Assembly: GCF_006345805.1 (NCBI RefSeq)
Contig: NC_043001.1
Span: 39,742,001-39,806,000 of the forward strand
Origin: Octopus sinensis
Taxonomy: Eukaryota
DNA: 64,000 nt
Direction: 5' to 3'
Shown: positions 12,618-23,508 of the stretch, piece by piece
Position numbering within the stretch: position 1 is the stretch's first letter
Layout: every line of letters begins with the position of its first letter
Notes under the pieces: generated by a model
The model's input: only the letters and a program-made list of their open reading frames with translations
Database searches by the model: none
Told to the model about the DNA's origin: nothing
Position numbers and translations under genes: made by a program

Positions 12618-13225
12618 ATTTTTTATGGAATCCCACATTTTTGGCAATGGAATTTCTGATTCAGAAAAAAATTTTGCAAAAATCGCAACTTCAAAATTTC
12701 AACCCCCACCCCATTTCTTCATTTTTCACTTTTTCTGGAAATTTCTTTTTGCAAAATATATAGAAAAATATGGAGATTATGATTCTAAAAAAAAACCTAC
12801 ACTTTAATGTCAGTTATTAAAGAGAATCATTTGACCAGCAAAGAGCATCATCTGCTAGTGGAATAGTGAAACAGAAAATGGACAGATTGATTACATACTT
12901 CTTTCATAATGCTATCACAGTTTTATGAGATTTGGCTGTTTTTTCTAGCATGTGGATAGCCTGCTTGAAGGCCAAGGCTGCAGAATTGGGAGGGGGTTAG
13001 TTTTTTTTTTTGAAAAATTGAAATTTTACAAACATTTTTTTTTTTTTTCAGAATTGTAATCTTCGTATTTTTCTATGTACTTTGCAAAAAAAAAATTTCC
13101 GGAAAGAGTGAAAAATTAAGAAATGGATGTGGCAGGGAAATTGAAATTTTGAATTTGCGGTTTTTGAAAATCCTGTTCAGAATCAGATTCTCCATAGCCA
13201 AAAACATGGCAGTTCATAAAAAAAA
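12618..13225. mobile_element. Old fold-back/MITE-like element
   Basis: ~175-bp diverged inverted arms (about 12620-12795 vs 13030-13225). Confidence 0.55.
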
Positions 13226-13904
13226 AAAAATCAATATATATTCATTTTCCTGAAAGCTATGAGGGAAAAATTGGATCTTTTGAATTTTCCAAAAGTGCCC
13301 CCCACCCATGTTCGTTTGCGCAAATTTTTTTCATATTTGTTTTCTGCACAGTTGTTAACACCCAGCAGGCTGGATTTTTTTGTTGTTTTTTTTTTTTGTT
13401 TTCAGGTTAGGATCTTTATATTGACCCAACCCTTACCTCACAAAGTGGAAATAAGAAAGATAAACAACTCTTGTTTTCCAACCTGACACACATCTAATCC
13501 TCATTTTATAGCTTTAATTATAATTACTATTATTATTCATTAATTTATCTACCTACCTACACAGTATCATTTATTCCATGCCGTATGTCATAGAAAACTT
13601 AAGAAGTCCTATGTTCAATTCTCTCTCACTTTAACACTCGTTATAATTATTATTGTTATTCATTTATTTATCTATTTAGACACCAAGTTTTGCTTACTTC
13701 AGCTATAGTTATAGTTAAATTAAGAAAGCAAATGTGAAATTCTGTTTCACTCTATAGTGCTCATTATTATGGTTATTCATTTAGCTATCTATTTAGAGGC
13801 ATGTTATAGCAAAGTTAAGAAATCCAATTGTTCAATTCAGTTTATTCTTGCTCTCAATCTTAAAAATTTCATCTCTTCATTTGTTTTGTTTTGTTACCCG
13901 CTAT

Positions 13905-14034
13905 CTTAAGCAAATGTTCCATTGTTTTTTAATAATGATAGAAGGCAAGGTTTACAACATTGGAAGAATCTTAACCAAATGTTCCATTGTTTTTTAATAA
14001 TGATAGAAGGCAAGGTTTACAACATTGGAAGAAT
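13905..14034. repeat. 65-bp tandem duplication
   Basis: cttaa(g/c)caaatgttccattg...ttggaagaat x2, one mismatch. Confidence 0.9.
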
Positions 14035-14849
14035 ATTGTCTTCTCCCATCATCTTTTGTTCTTCGAGTAGTTCAGACTTTCGGCAGACGAAGAGAGAAGG
14101 CTTCAAGTACAAATGCTATTTACATCTGATTTATTTACAGGAGAGGTGAAGTGTGCTGCTCTCAGCTACCATCTTAAGCTCCAATAGTGTGGGTGCAAAT
14201 TGACTCCAGCCAGTGGTGTGTTCAGCAAGCGCTGCTGTGTAGTGGTACAAAGATGAGAGAGATTTGAATCGGATTTTCCCTTTATATAGTTTCCATTGCG
14301 AGCCTCGTTGTGATCTCGCACATAGCAAATGGATGCAGGTGAGGCCTCGCTCCAGTCTTGGAGATGGCAATGGCTGCTGTGAGATCTCATCCAATATGGC
14401 GCTGACTGCTTGTGCCGCTACAGTTTCCTCTACTGTGGAGGTAATTCTGTAAAATTTCACTGCTCTCTCTGTTTTGTTACCCACTTGCTTTCCCATGTTG
14501 ATAGTTAAATAGTGGCTCACTTTGTCGCTTTAGTTAGGAAATAGGGCAGCCATAGTGTTTTGCCCTTTGTGGTGCTCCCTTCTAACACACTTCCTTGATC
14601 TATACTGGAAGTTTTTCTCCCCTAACCTCTACTAGATGTCTTTGTCCTGCACACCTCTAATGGCTACCTGTACAGAATGCTTTCCCCCTCCCTTCGCCTC
14701 CATTCCTATCTATTGTCTATCTCCCATTGAACGTAGTGTTTATGAAGTGAATATAAAGATGGTGAAGTGTATGCAGGTTGAAACCTATTTCTATGTTTAC
14801 GAGGTCTGCCAAATGCATGTGCAAACTTTCTTTCCAGATGCATAATGCT

Positions 14850-15720
14850 GCTGTCCCCCCATCTTGCTGGCCCACACCTACCACACCCTCAGAGTTGGCA
14901 CACTGAAAAGCAGGTCTGGTGAGATTGTTGAGATGCTTAAATAGAGATATGTAGATTTATGTTGCATCCAGGAAGTAAGGTGGAGAGGAAGTTCAGCTAG
15001 GTTCCTCACAGGCAAAAGAACATAAGTATAAGATTTTCTGGGTAGGGAACAGTGATAGGATTGTTGGTGTGGGTATACTCTTTGCTGAGAAATCGGTTGA
15101 TAAGGTAATCGAGGTAGTCAGAGTCTGTGATAGAATACTTAAGGTTAGACTAGTGCTGCAACATGGAATAGCAACCATTATCTTGGCATATGCCCCTCAG
15201 CCAGGGCTACGTGATAAACAGCAAGACTGATTAATGACATCCTCTTGCAGACTACCTTATCGACAAATGTCAGAGACCTTCTCTTTGTGACTGGTGACTT
15301 CAATGGGCATGTTGAACAACATTCAGGGAGCTTCTATGGTGTGTGAGGTGGCAACAGATTTGGTTCCCGCAATGAGGAGGGAACCAAGCTACTAGAGTTT
15401 TGTGATGCAAGTGATCTTATGATCTGTAATACTAACTTCAGGAAACATGCAAGTCACCTGCTCACCTACCAGTCTGGTGGATACCCTAGTCAGATTGACT
15501 ACATTCTCACCAGGAAAGATGGCTACTTATAAATACCAAAACTTTCCCAGGTAAAAATGCACCCCACAACATCAGTTAGTAGTTAGTAACTTCAGGAACA
15601 GGACTAAATGGCTGCCCAGAAGATGACTAGAGTGGAAAAGAAGGGTCTGGAAGCTTAAGGATCCTTTGAATGGACAGAGATTAAAGGCTGGACAATGGCA
15701 GAGTGGGTACAGTAGCAGTG
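14850..15720 (+). mobile_element. Degraded RTE LINE 5' (APE) fragment
   Basis: TLRVGTL..GRSGEIVEML...DLCCIQEVRWRG; VTGDFNGHV; EEGTKLLEFCDASDL. Confidence 0.75.
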
Positions 15721-16250
15721 GTCCAGCAAGTGTATAGACATAAACACAATGCTTTTAGAACTTCACTTCCATCACAATTGACAGATCTTCTCAAGCACTG
15801 AATCACCAATCATTTCAGTCCTTTGTCATCTCCTCCATGAGGCATAGTATCCTAACCAGAACCTCTCCAGGATATTGAGCAACATAATGCAATCAATACA
15901 TCTTTATACTCATCCACACTTACCACATGACCATACCAATGCAGTCTGCTCTTTTGCTTATTTCATCTAATTTCAGTGAGTAACAGGTTCGACTAAATAA
16001 TATTTTATTGTCTACATTGCTTATCATGCTTCTTTTCTGAAGGTATAGCAATATAATCTGTTGATATGTAGCACTGACAGGAGTGCTTTCCAACTGCTAC
16101 CAACACAGGTGCTTTATACATGGTACCAGTATTGGAGCATTTTATGTGGATCAGAATGGATACACCTGCATAGGTGCTTTTAAGTAACACCAACACTCAT
16201 GAGCCCTCAGGATAAGGATCTCTCAACTGACAAAATGATGTACCTGTATG

Positions 16251-17935
16251 TATAACGGGAAGCTTTATGAAAATAAACAAAAGACGAAGGCAGGTGGAAT
16301 ACAAACAAACAATTGTATTAGTATGGCACTCAGGAATATAAATAAAACAAGTCTTTTACGTTTCGAGCCTACGCTCTTCAACAGAAAGATACACAGAAAA
16401 GAAACACGGAAAGAAACAAGGAGAGAAAAAAAATGCGTGCAGAAGCTAGCAAATCAACATGGCGATCTGATTCTGGCCAGAAGTCAAAGATCAAACGTGT
16501 GACGCAAGAGCGAAAATAGGGGAGATAACAGGGTCAAATGACCAACGCCCCAACATAAGGGTGTGTGTGTGTATGAGAGAGTATGTAGTGCGTATGAGAG
16601 GTCTGGATGTGTGTATGTATGTATGTATGATGTGATGTGTAATGTCGTATGGTGTAGTGTAGAGAGAGGAGATGAGGGGGAGGGGAGAGGGGGAGAGGGG
16701 AGAGGAGAGGTGAGGGGGCTGGGAGAGAGGAAAGAATGAAGAAGAGAGGAATAGGGGGAGGGGAGGAGGAGGGGGAGGGGAGGAGGAGGGGGAGGGGAGG
16801 AGGAGGGGGAGAGGGGGGTTAGATGAGGAGGGGGGGAGTTGAGACCAAATGGCGTGAAAGAGCGAAGAGAGAAGATTAATTCCTGTTCACGGTGCAAATG
16901 GGAATCCGGATGGCCTCTGTGCAAGGACAAACCGAACACAGACAGGTGTTGCAAGGAGTGACCGGTGGAGCGGAAATGGCGTGAAACCAGTGTGTCGTTG
17001 GCAAGGCGTATGTCACGGAGGTGTTCCGCGAACCGGTCAGCCAAGCGGCGTCCCGTTTGTCCGATGTACAGGGAATGGCAGAGAGAGCAAGAGATGCAAT
17101 AGATGATATTGCTGGAGGTGCAGGTGAAGGAGTTGATGATGCGATAGGGTCGATGATGGGTGCCAGTGAGGAGGGTGGTGTTGGAGAGGTAAGGGCAAGT
17201 GCGGCAATATGGGCGGGAGCAGGGGAACGAGCCAGGTTGGGAGGTAGGGTCAGGGAAGGAGCTGTGAACCAAAAGGTCTCGTAGGTTATGGGCTCATTTG
17301 AAGGAGGAGGGGTCGGTTAGTGAAGAGGTGTGAAGTGGACGGGTCGGACTGGAGATGCCGGAAAGCTCGAAGAATGGTGCATTGGAGAGGTAGGGTCGTG
17401 GGGTGGTAAGTGAGGGGAAAAGGGAGGCAGGAGACTACAGGGCGGGTTCGGGGGAAGAGAGCAGATGCACGATCTACGGAACGTGCTCTGGCAAGGGCGG
17501 TGTTGATAGTGGTGAGGGGGTATCCACGTAGGATGAAGTGGTGAGCCATGCATTGAGACTGAGCCTCAAAGTCATGGTCGTCACTACAGAGCCTACGTAG
17601 ACAGAGGAATTGGGAATAGGGGATGGAAAGCTTGGTGTGTTTTGGGTGGGAGAAAGAGAAGTTTAGGTATGAGTGTGAGTCTGTGTGTTTGTAGTGAATG
17701 GAGGTGGTAAGAGTGGAGTGATGAATGCTGACTGAAATGTCGAGGAAGGAGACAAAGGTGTTGGAGATAGTGGAGGTGAAGTGGAAGGCTGGATGGAAGG
17801 TTTGAACGAAAGAGAGGAAGGAATCTAGATGTTCATGGGAGAGTGAGGTGGCACCGATAATGTCGTCAATATAACGACTGTATAGTTCAGGAGTGGGACC
17901 AGTGAAATTAGAGAATATTTGGGCCTCAAGGCCGC
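16251..17935 (-). mobile_element. 5'-truncated Penelope-like element (RT C-terminal half + GIY-YIG + pLTR)
   Basis: RYIDDI (RT domain 5), LILRGYP, CSRPYCRTC, NIIYCISCSLCHSLYIGQTGRRLADRFAEH (GIY-YIG); the terminal ~200 bp recurs as a solo copy at 40741-40935. Confidence 0.92.
16352..16389 (-). ncRNA. Minimal type I hammerhead-like motif in the Penelope pLTR
   Basis: UCUUU CUGUUGA A GAGC-GUAG-GCUC GAAA CG UA^ AAAGA: 5-bp stem I, 4-bp stem II, palindromic ACGU in place of stem III; core deviates at A6 (U). Confidence 0.6.
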
Positions 17936-18324
17936 AATTTTACTAAGCTTGACATGTTTTCTTAAGCACAACAAATCACCAGAAGTCTTGGTCTCTTGTC
18001 AGATCTTAAGTGGGGCCTAGCAACTTATATGAGAATATTTTAGATATTACACAACTGTTGATTGGTGTCCTTATTTATATCATAGTTTCTCATTCAGCTT
18101 TCTACACAATTGGTATTTTCTTGTATGTTGATCCAATTTTAGATCTAAGAAGATGTACTATGCTGAGGTTAGTGGTTACTGTAAATTTAAGGCAAAGTGT
18201 CTTAAAAGTGTTAGCCAGGTCTCCCTATATCTATCATATTTAAGGTCATGCTATTAATTTACAAATGGATATAGAAGCAAGAAGTGAGATTAGTCAAAAT
18301 GCATTTTTGGAAAATGAAACTTAC

Positions 18325-18341
18325 CTTCTGTTGACGAAGTG
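18325..18341 (-). CDS. 17-nt micro-exon (phase 2-1)
   Basis: ttttatgaatttaatag|CACTTCGTCAACAGAAG|gtaagt; restores phase 1 after the 19-nt exon. Confidence 0.65.
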
Positions 18342-18532
18342 CTATTAAATTCATAAAATAATTACAAAATTAAGTATTTACAATATTTTCAAAATAAAAT
18401 AGTAAGAATCCTAAAAATTATAATAGTGCTTATTATCATTATTATTGTTATTCTTATTCCTTCATTTTCAGAGTGATGATCTTATTAACACAAGATCATT
18501 TAACTGACATCCTGTTGAATTATGTAACCTCA

Positions 18533-18679
<147 letters not shown>

Positions 18680-19473
18680 AGAGAGCAGTGCACACCATTA
18701 CAGTGACACCGGGTTGCAAAAATATGAAGCCCAATATATCTATCGTGACTACCCATCTGATAAGGGTACACCATACTCATGCATCACAACCACATGTGCA
18801 TGACACGGTGATCTCATATCATGATAAACAGCACATGGCCTTGCAGGCAGGGCCCAGTTAGAATGTAGCTTGACAATTTCTCCACTTCTTCTTGGGCAAT
18901 ATTTTGGCCAGGAAGGACTTCCAAAAAATAGATTTGTTAGTTCTCACTCTTGTCTTAATATATATACCAAAAAACAATGAAAAGTTCTTAAAGCAGAAGC
19001 TGTATTGAAAAAGCAGCTAAAGTAAATTTTAAACTAAATAAGAGCTTTTCTAATATAATATAAGACATAGTAGACGAATTACTGACTCATTAAATTCAAA
19101 CCAAATGCCATCCAGTTGATAATTAAATAAACAAATAATTGTTAAATAAATTATTATAAGATAATAAGTAAATGAATTTGTAGTTGAAAGCATATTTGAT
19201 TATTAAAACATTGAAATGCATAAGTGTTTTTAGTCAAGCACTAAGAAACAAAATATTATTGGTTGATAGCTAATATCATTTTCAGCAACATGTATGGAAG
19301 AAAATTTCTGATGCATTTTAACCTCAGCTAAGCTGCAACCTTTCTGTAAATTGCCAAAGTAGGTATATTACAAGGTAAAATCACTAATTGATGAATGGTA
19401 AAAGTTAATCTTTTGATAAAAATTTTCTCTCTACTTTTCAAATAAACAACAAATAAAAATGTTATATACTTAC

Positions 19474-19492
19474 TCTTTATTGTTTTTGACAC
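19474..19492 (-). CDS. 19-nt micro-exon (phase 1-2), juxtamembrane tail
   Basis: cttttttcttttatcag|GTGTCAAAAACAATAAAGA|gtaagt; phases fit the TM exon upstream and the 17-nt exon downstream. Confidence 0.7.
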
Positions 19493-19891
19493 CTGATAAA
19501 AGAAAAAAGTAATGTGTATAGAAATGTTATTCAATATCAAACATTTCTTGTAAGAGTAGTAATAGTGTGGTGTTGGTGAGAGAGTATGACGGATAGGGGA
19601 GAGCGGAAGTAGGGCTCGCAGGGCGGAAGCAGGGCTTGCAGGGCGCATGCGCGGGAGGAAGTGGAAGCGACAGGCAGAACGCACGTGTGGGATCGAGCAG
19701 TTGCGGCAGACACGACGAAGGCACCAGACGCATCGAGTTGGCTAAGAGGTATCCGAATTCATCTCCGACAAGGTAAGACCCAATTACATTTCCATTCTCC
19801 CTTTTTCTGTTGTACTCTTTTCATCGTCCACACCACAAGCTATTTCAGCAAATAAACACTCGGTTTTATAAAAAATAAAAATAAAAAAATT

Positions 19892-20650
19892 ATGCAGAGT
19901 GCTTGGGTTTCGCGCGAACCTATAACACTGTTTTGCGGCGACACTGATGTGGTCGCTTGGTTGAAGAGAGTGAAGTTGGTGGCGAAGCTCTATTGTATAG
20001 GTGACCTGGTGAGCTTCATGCCGCTGTACTTGGATGGCCCGGCGTTGGCGTTATATTTAGAGATGGAGGAGACGGACCAACTTAGCGCAGATAAAGTAGA
20101 AATCCGACTGATGGAGGCCTTTGCGGAAGGTATGTTCGAGGCATACGCTCGCCTGGGTAGAATGAGATGGACTGGGCAACAGATGGACGTGTTTGCCAAT
20201 GAGCTTAGAAGACTGGCTAAATTGGCGGGTTATGAGGGAGAGTCGCTAGAACGGACGGTTAGGTTGGCGTTCGTGACTGGCTTTCCCAACATCATGTCGG
20301 TCGAGCTACAGAAGCTCCCGAACGTGCGTTCAATGCCGATGGCCGACATCATATCTCGGGCATGTGTACTAGTTTCATGCAGCAGGATGACGTCGGTAGC
20401 AGCGACTGCAATGTCGAAAAGTGGCCCAGCTAGGAGCAGCGGAGAGGGGCTGAGGAAAGAACGTGTGCGACCGTTCAAAGGACAGTGTTTCCGGTGCCAA
20501 GGTCCACACATGGTGCGTGACTGTGGGTCGCCCAAGACTGAAGTGATTTGCTACCGGTGTCAAGAGCCGGGGCATGTAGCCAGCGAGTGTCTGCGGGGAA
20601 ATGGACTGCGGGAGACTACTGCGCCGGTAGTTGTCCCTTTGGATCAGTAG
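19892..20650 (+). CDS. gag: Gypsy Gag with two zinc knuckles
   Basis: CFRCQGPHMVRDC and CYRCQEPGHVASEC; 252-aa open frame. Confidence 0.9.
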   Translation: MQSAWVSREPITLFCGDTDVVAWLKRVKLVAKLYCIGDLVSFMPLYLDGPALALYLEMEETDQLSADKVEIRLMEAFAEGMFEAYARLGRMRWTGQQMDVFANELRRLAKLAGYEGESLERTVRLAFVTGFPNIMSVELQKLPNVRSMPMADIISRACVLVSCSRMTSVAATAMSKSGPARSSGEGLRKERVRPFKGQCFRCQGPHMVRDCGSPKTEVICYRCQEPGHVASECLRGNGLRETTAPVVVPLDQ

Positions 20651-23508
20651 CGGCGCGTTTATCATCGCTACCTGTGGTCGACATTCTGGTGAAGGGGAAG
20701 ATGTCGCGAGCCCTGGTGGACACGGGCTGTACAACGACCCTGATGACTACAGAAGTGGCAGAGACGTGGAGTGGAGGAAGCAGTGTTAGGGAAGTCGACG
20801 GAAGAGAAGTACACTGCGAAGGGGTTACGGATGCGCAGATTGTGGTGCAGGGACTACAGCTGACGTTGCGAGTGATTGTGGTTGGTCACTTGGTGGACGA
20901 GATTGATGTGGTGATGGGGATGGATGCAACCACCCGCTTGGGAGGTGTCACCGTCAACGAGGCTGGCGTAACGTTTGGGTTAGCGGGGAAACCGTGTAGG
21001 GCGAGACCGTGCACCGGTGACAACTGTGAGGAAAAGGATGCGGCGCACACCATTGAAGACCAGGATTTTCGGGCTGTCTTTGATGGCAAGAGGTGGACAG
21101 TGGAGTGGCTCTGGAAGGGAGAGCCCCCGATGTTAAAGAATAAAGTGGGCTGCTATCAGCATACTCTAAAAGGAGATGCCAGAAGTGAGTTCGAGGGGGA
21201 GGTGGAGCGGTGGATTAAGGAGGGCATACTGATCCCTTGGGAAAAAGAAGAGAGCGGAGTCCTGCCACTGATGGCGGTGATACAGCCCACAAAGCATAAG
21301 GTCAGGCCAGTGCTTGACTTCCGAGAGCTGAATGACCACATGTCGTGTCATACAGGCAGCGAGGCCACGGATGTCTGCGGAGACACCTTGCGAGAGTGGA
21401 GGCAGACGACGGGGGCCTCCACGATTGTTGATTTGAAGTCGACATACCTACAGGCGCATGTGGCTGAGAAATTATGGAAGTACCAGCTCGTCAGGTATAG
21501 GGGCCGGACGTACTGTCTGACCAGGTTGGGATTCGGGCTGAATTCAGCGCCAAAGATTATGGCAACAATTCTCAAGGCCATCCTGGGGAAGGTGGACAGA
21601 GTAAAAAGGGCCACCAATTCATACATCGATGACATTCTGGTGGATGAAACCGTGATACCAGCAACGGAGGTCATAGGCCACCTGAAGAGTTTTGGACTGA
21701 TCGCCAAGCCGCCAGAGGCTATGGAGGGAGGTGCTGCACTGGGCCTCAAGCTATGGAGAGACAAGGCCGGCGCCTTGGTGTTCCGGCGAGGGAATGAGAT
21801 CCCTGAACTGGGCGCCAGCATGAGTAGACGGGAACTGTTCTCTGTGTGTGGGAAGCTGGTGGGACACTACCCGATTGCAGGTTGGCTCCGGACAGCATGT
21901 AGCTTCATCAAGAGACGAGCCGAAGGAGTGAAGTGGAATGATAAAGTGGGGGAGAGGACGATCGACATGATGCAGGAAGTCTTGGTCAGAGTAGGAGCAG
22001 AGGACCCAGTGAGGGGCAGCTGGTATGCTCCCAGATCAAAGAGCGGGATTGTATGGTGTGACGCCAGTAGCATCGCAATATGGGTTGTCTTGGAAGTGGG
22101 AGGTGTCACGGTGGAAGATGCAGCCTGGCTCAGGAAGATGGATGACTGCAATCATATCAACGTGGCGGAGTTGGATGCCGTGCTGAAGGGGGTGAACCTA
22201 GCCTTGAAGTGGGGGTTGCACACCATAGAAATCAGGACTGATTCGGCCACTGTACTTGGTTGGGCGACAGCAGTCATCACCGATGAGCGGAGGGTGCGGA
22301 CCAAAGGGGCTGCAGAGATGCTGGTAAAACGTCGATTAGGAATGCTGCGTGAACTAACCACTGAGTTCAATCTGAAGCTGAACGTGATCTTTGTGCCTTC
22401 CAAGAAGAACAGGTCAGACGTCCTGACTAGGGTAAAGCGAGCCTGGTTGCAGGTGTCAGAGGATGCGAAGCAGGCTGTAGCTGCAGTATGCTGTCTGAGC
22501 AACTCGGAGTTACGGAGACTGCACACCATGCATCACATGGGTGTGGACAGGACATTGTTCCTAGCCAGAAAAGTTGACTCCGACGTAACAAGACAGAGCG
22601 TGCAGAGAGTGGTTAGTAGTTGTGACAGGTGCCAGTCCATCGACCCTGCTCCGGTCGTGCATGAAACGGGAAGTATTCCAGTGGACCAGGACTGGAAACG
22701 ACTGGCGGTGGACATAACACACTACCAGCAGGGGACATACCTCTCAATGGTTGACTGCAGACCGGGGCGGTTGGCCATATGGAGGGAGATGAAGTCGGGG
22801 ACCGCAGAAGAAATTGTGAAAGTGTTGAATGAGATATTCCTGGAACGAGGCCCCGTGGATGAACTGCTTCTGGACAACGGCACTGCATTTTGCTCGGATG
22901 TGCTGAGAGAAATGCTTGATGAGTGGAAGGTCAACTGCTTCTTCAGGGCGGCATACCAGCCAAGTGGAAACGGGGTGGTGGAAAGGCATCATCGTACCAT
23001 CAAGGCCATGGCAGAGAGGGGTCACATTTCACCAGTTGAGGCCGTGTTTTGGTACAATATGTCGCCCAGATCAGGACAGGCTGAGGAGTCAGTGCCACAC
23101 AGGGCAATATTCAGGTACGAGTGGAGGCATCCGTGTACTACATCAATGCGACCCGGGGCAGAGGAAGAGCACGCCTTCGTGCAGGTCGGGGAGGAAGTCT
23201 GGGTAAAACCCCCAAACGCACAGTGTACATCGCAATGGGGAAAGGGGACAATAACCGATGTAAATTCAAAAAATAACATCTTGGTCGATGGTATGCCATG
23301 CCACGTTTTGGACATACGGAGGATTGTCCATGCCCCAGAGGATGGGACCAGCAGCAGTGGGCAAGACGAAAACAACAGACAGGATGACGAGGCCGGCAGC
23401 AACACACCAGGAACAAGTCCTAGAGTCGCACTGCGACCACAGAGGGAGCGGCACCCTCCTCCCTGGTTAGCTGATTATAAAACCAGTTTCAGGTGCGGGA
23501 GCGAGTGA
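20548..23508 (+). CDS. pol: Gypsy Pol (PR-RT-RNase H-IN), probably expressed by -1 frameshift
   Basis: LVDTGC, YIDD, CDAS/AEL/RTDS, HH-CC zinc finger and D-D-E core (AVDI, LDNG, VERH); uninterrupted; in the -1 frame relative to gag. Confidence 0.93.
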   Translation: MLPVSRAGACSQRVSAGKWTAGDYCAGSCPFGSVAARLSSLPVVDILVKGKMSRALVDTGCTTTLMTTEVAETWSGGSSVREVDGREVHCEGVTDAQIVVQGLQLTLRVIVVGHLVDEIDVVMGMDATTRLGGVTVNEAGVTFGLAGKPCRARPCTGDNCEEKDAAHTIEDQDFRAVFDGKRWTVEWLWKGEPPMLKNKVGCYQHTLKGDARSEFEGEVERWIKEGILIPWEKEESGVLPLMAVIQPTKHKVRPVLDFRELNDHMSCHTGSEATDVCGDTLREWRQTTGASTIVDLKSTYLQAHVAEKLWKYQLVRYRGRTYCLTRLGFGLNSAPKIMATILKAILGKVDRVKRATNSYIDDILVDETVIPATEVIGHLKSFGLIAKPPEAMEGGAALGLKLWRDKAGALVFRRGNEIPELGASMSRRELFSVCGKLVGHYPIAGWLRTACSFIKRRAEGVKWNDKVGERTIDMMQEVLVRVGAEDPVRGSWYAPRSKSGIVWCDASSIAIWVVLEVGGVTVEDAAWLRKMDDCNHINVAELDAVLKGVNLALKWGLHTIEIRTDSATVLGWATAVITDERRVRTKGAAEMLVKRRLGMLRELTTEFNLKLNVIFVPSKKNRSDVLTRVKRAWLQVSEDAKQAVAAVCCLSNSELRRLHTMHHMGVDRTLFLARKVDSDVTRQSVQRVVSSCDRCQSIDPAPVVHETGSIPVDQDWKRLAVDITHYQQGTYLSMVDCRPGRLAIWREMKSGTAEEIVKVLNEIFLERGPVDELLLDNGTAFCSDVLREMLDEWKVNCFFRAAYQPSGNGVVERHHRTIKAMAERGHISPVEAVFWYNMSPRSGQAEESVPHRAIFRYEWRHPCTTSMRPGAEEEHAFVQVGEEVWVKPPNAQCTSQWGKGTITDVNSKNNILVDGMPCHVLDIRRIVHAPEDGTSSSGQDENNRQDDEAGSNTPGTSPRVALRPQRERHPPPWLADYKTSFRCGSE
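20596..20637 (+). promoter_or_regulatory. -1 programmed ribosomal frameshift signal
   Basis: G GGA AAU heptamer in gag phase (20596-20602), 7-nt spacer, stem-loop GGGAGACUACUG-CGC-CGGUAGUUGUCCC (20610-20637). Confidence 0.75.

Noticed and set aside
14131-14520. 129-aa minus-strand ORF
   Set aside because: No recognisable motif or splice context; probably an old TE remnant.
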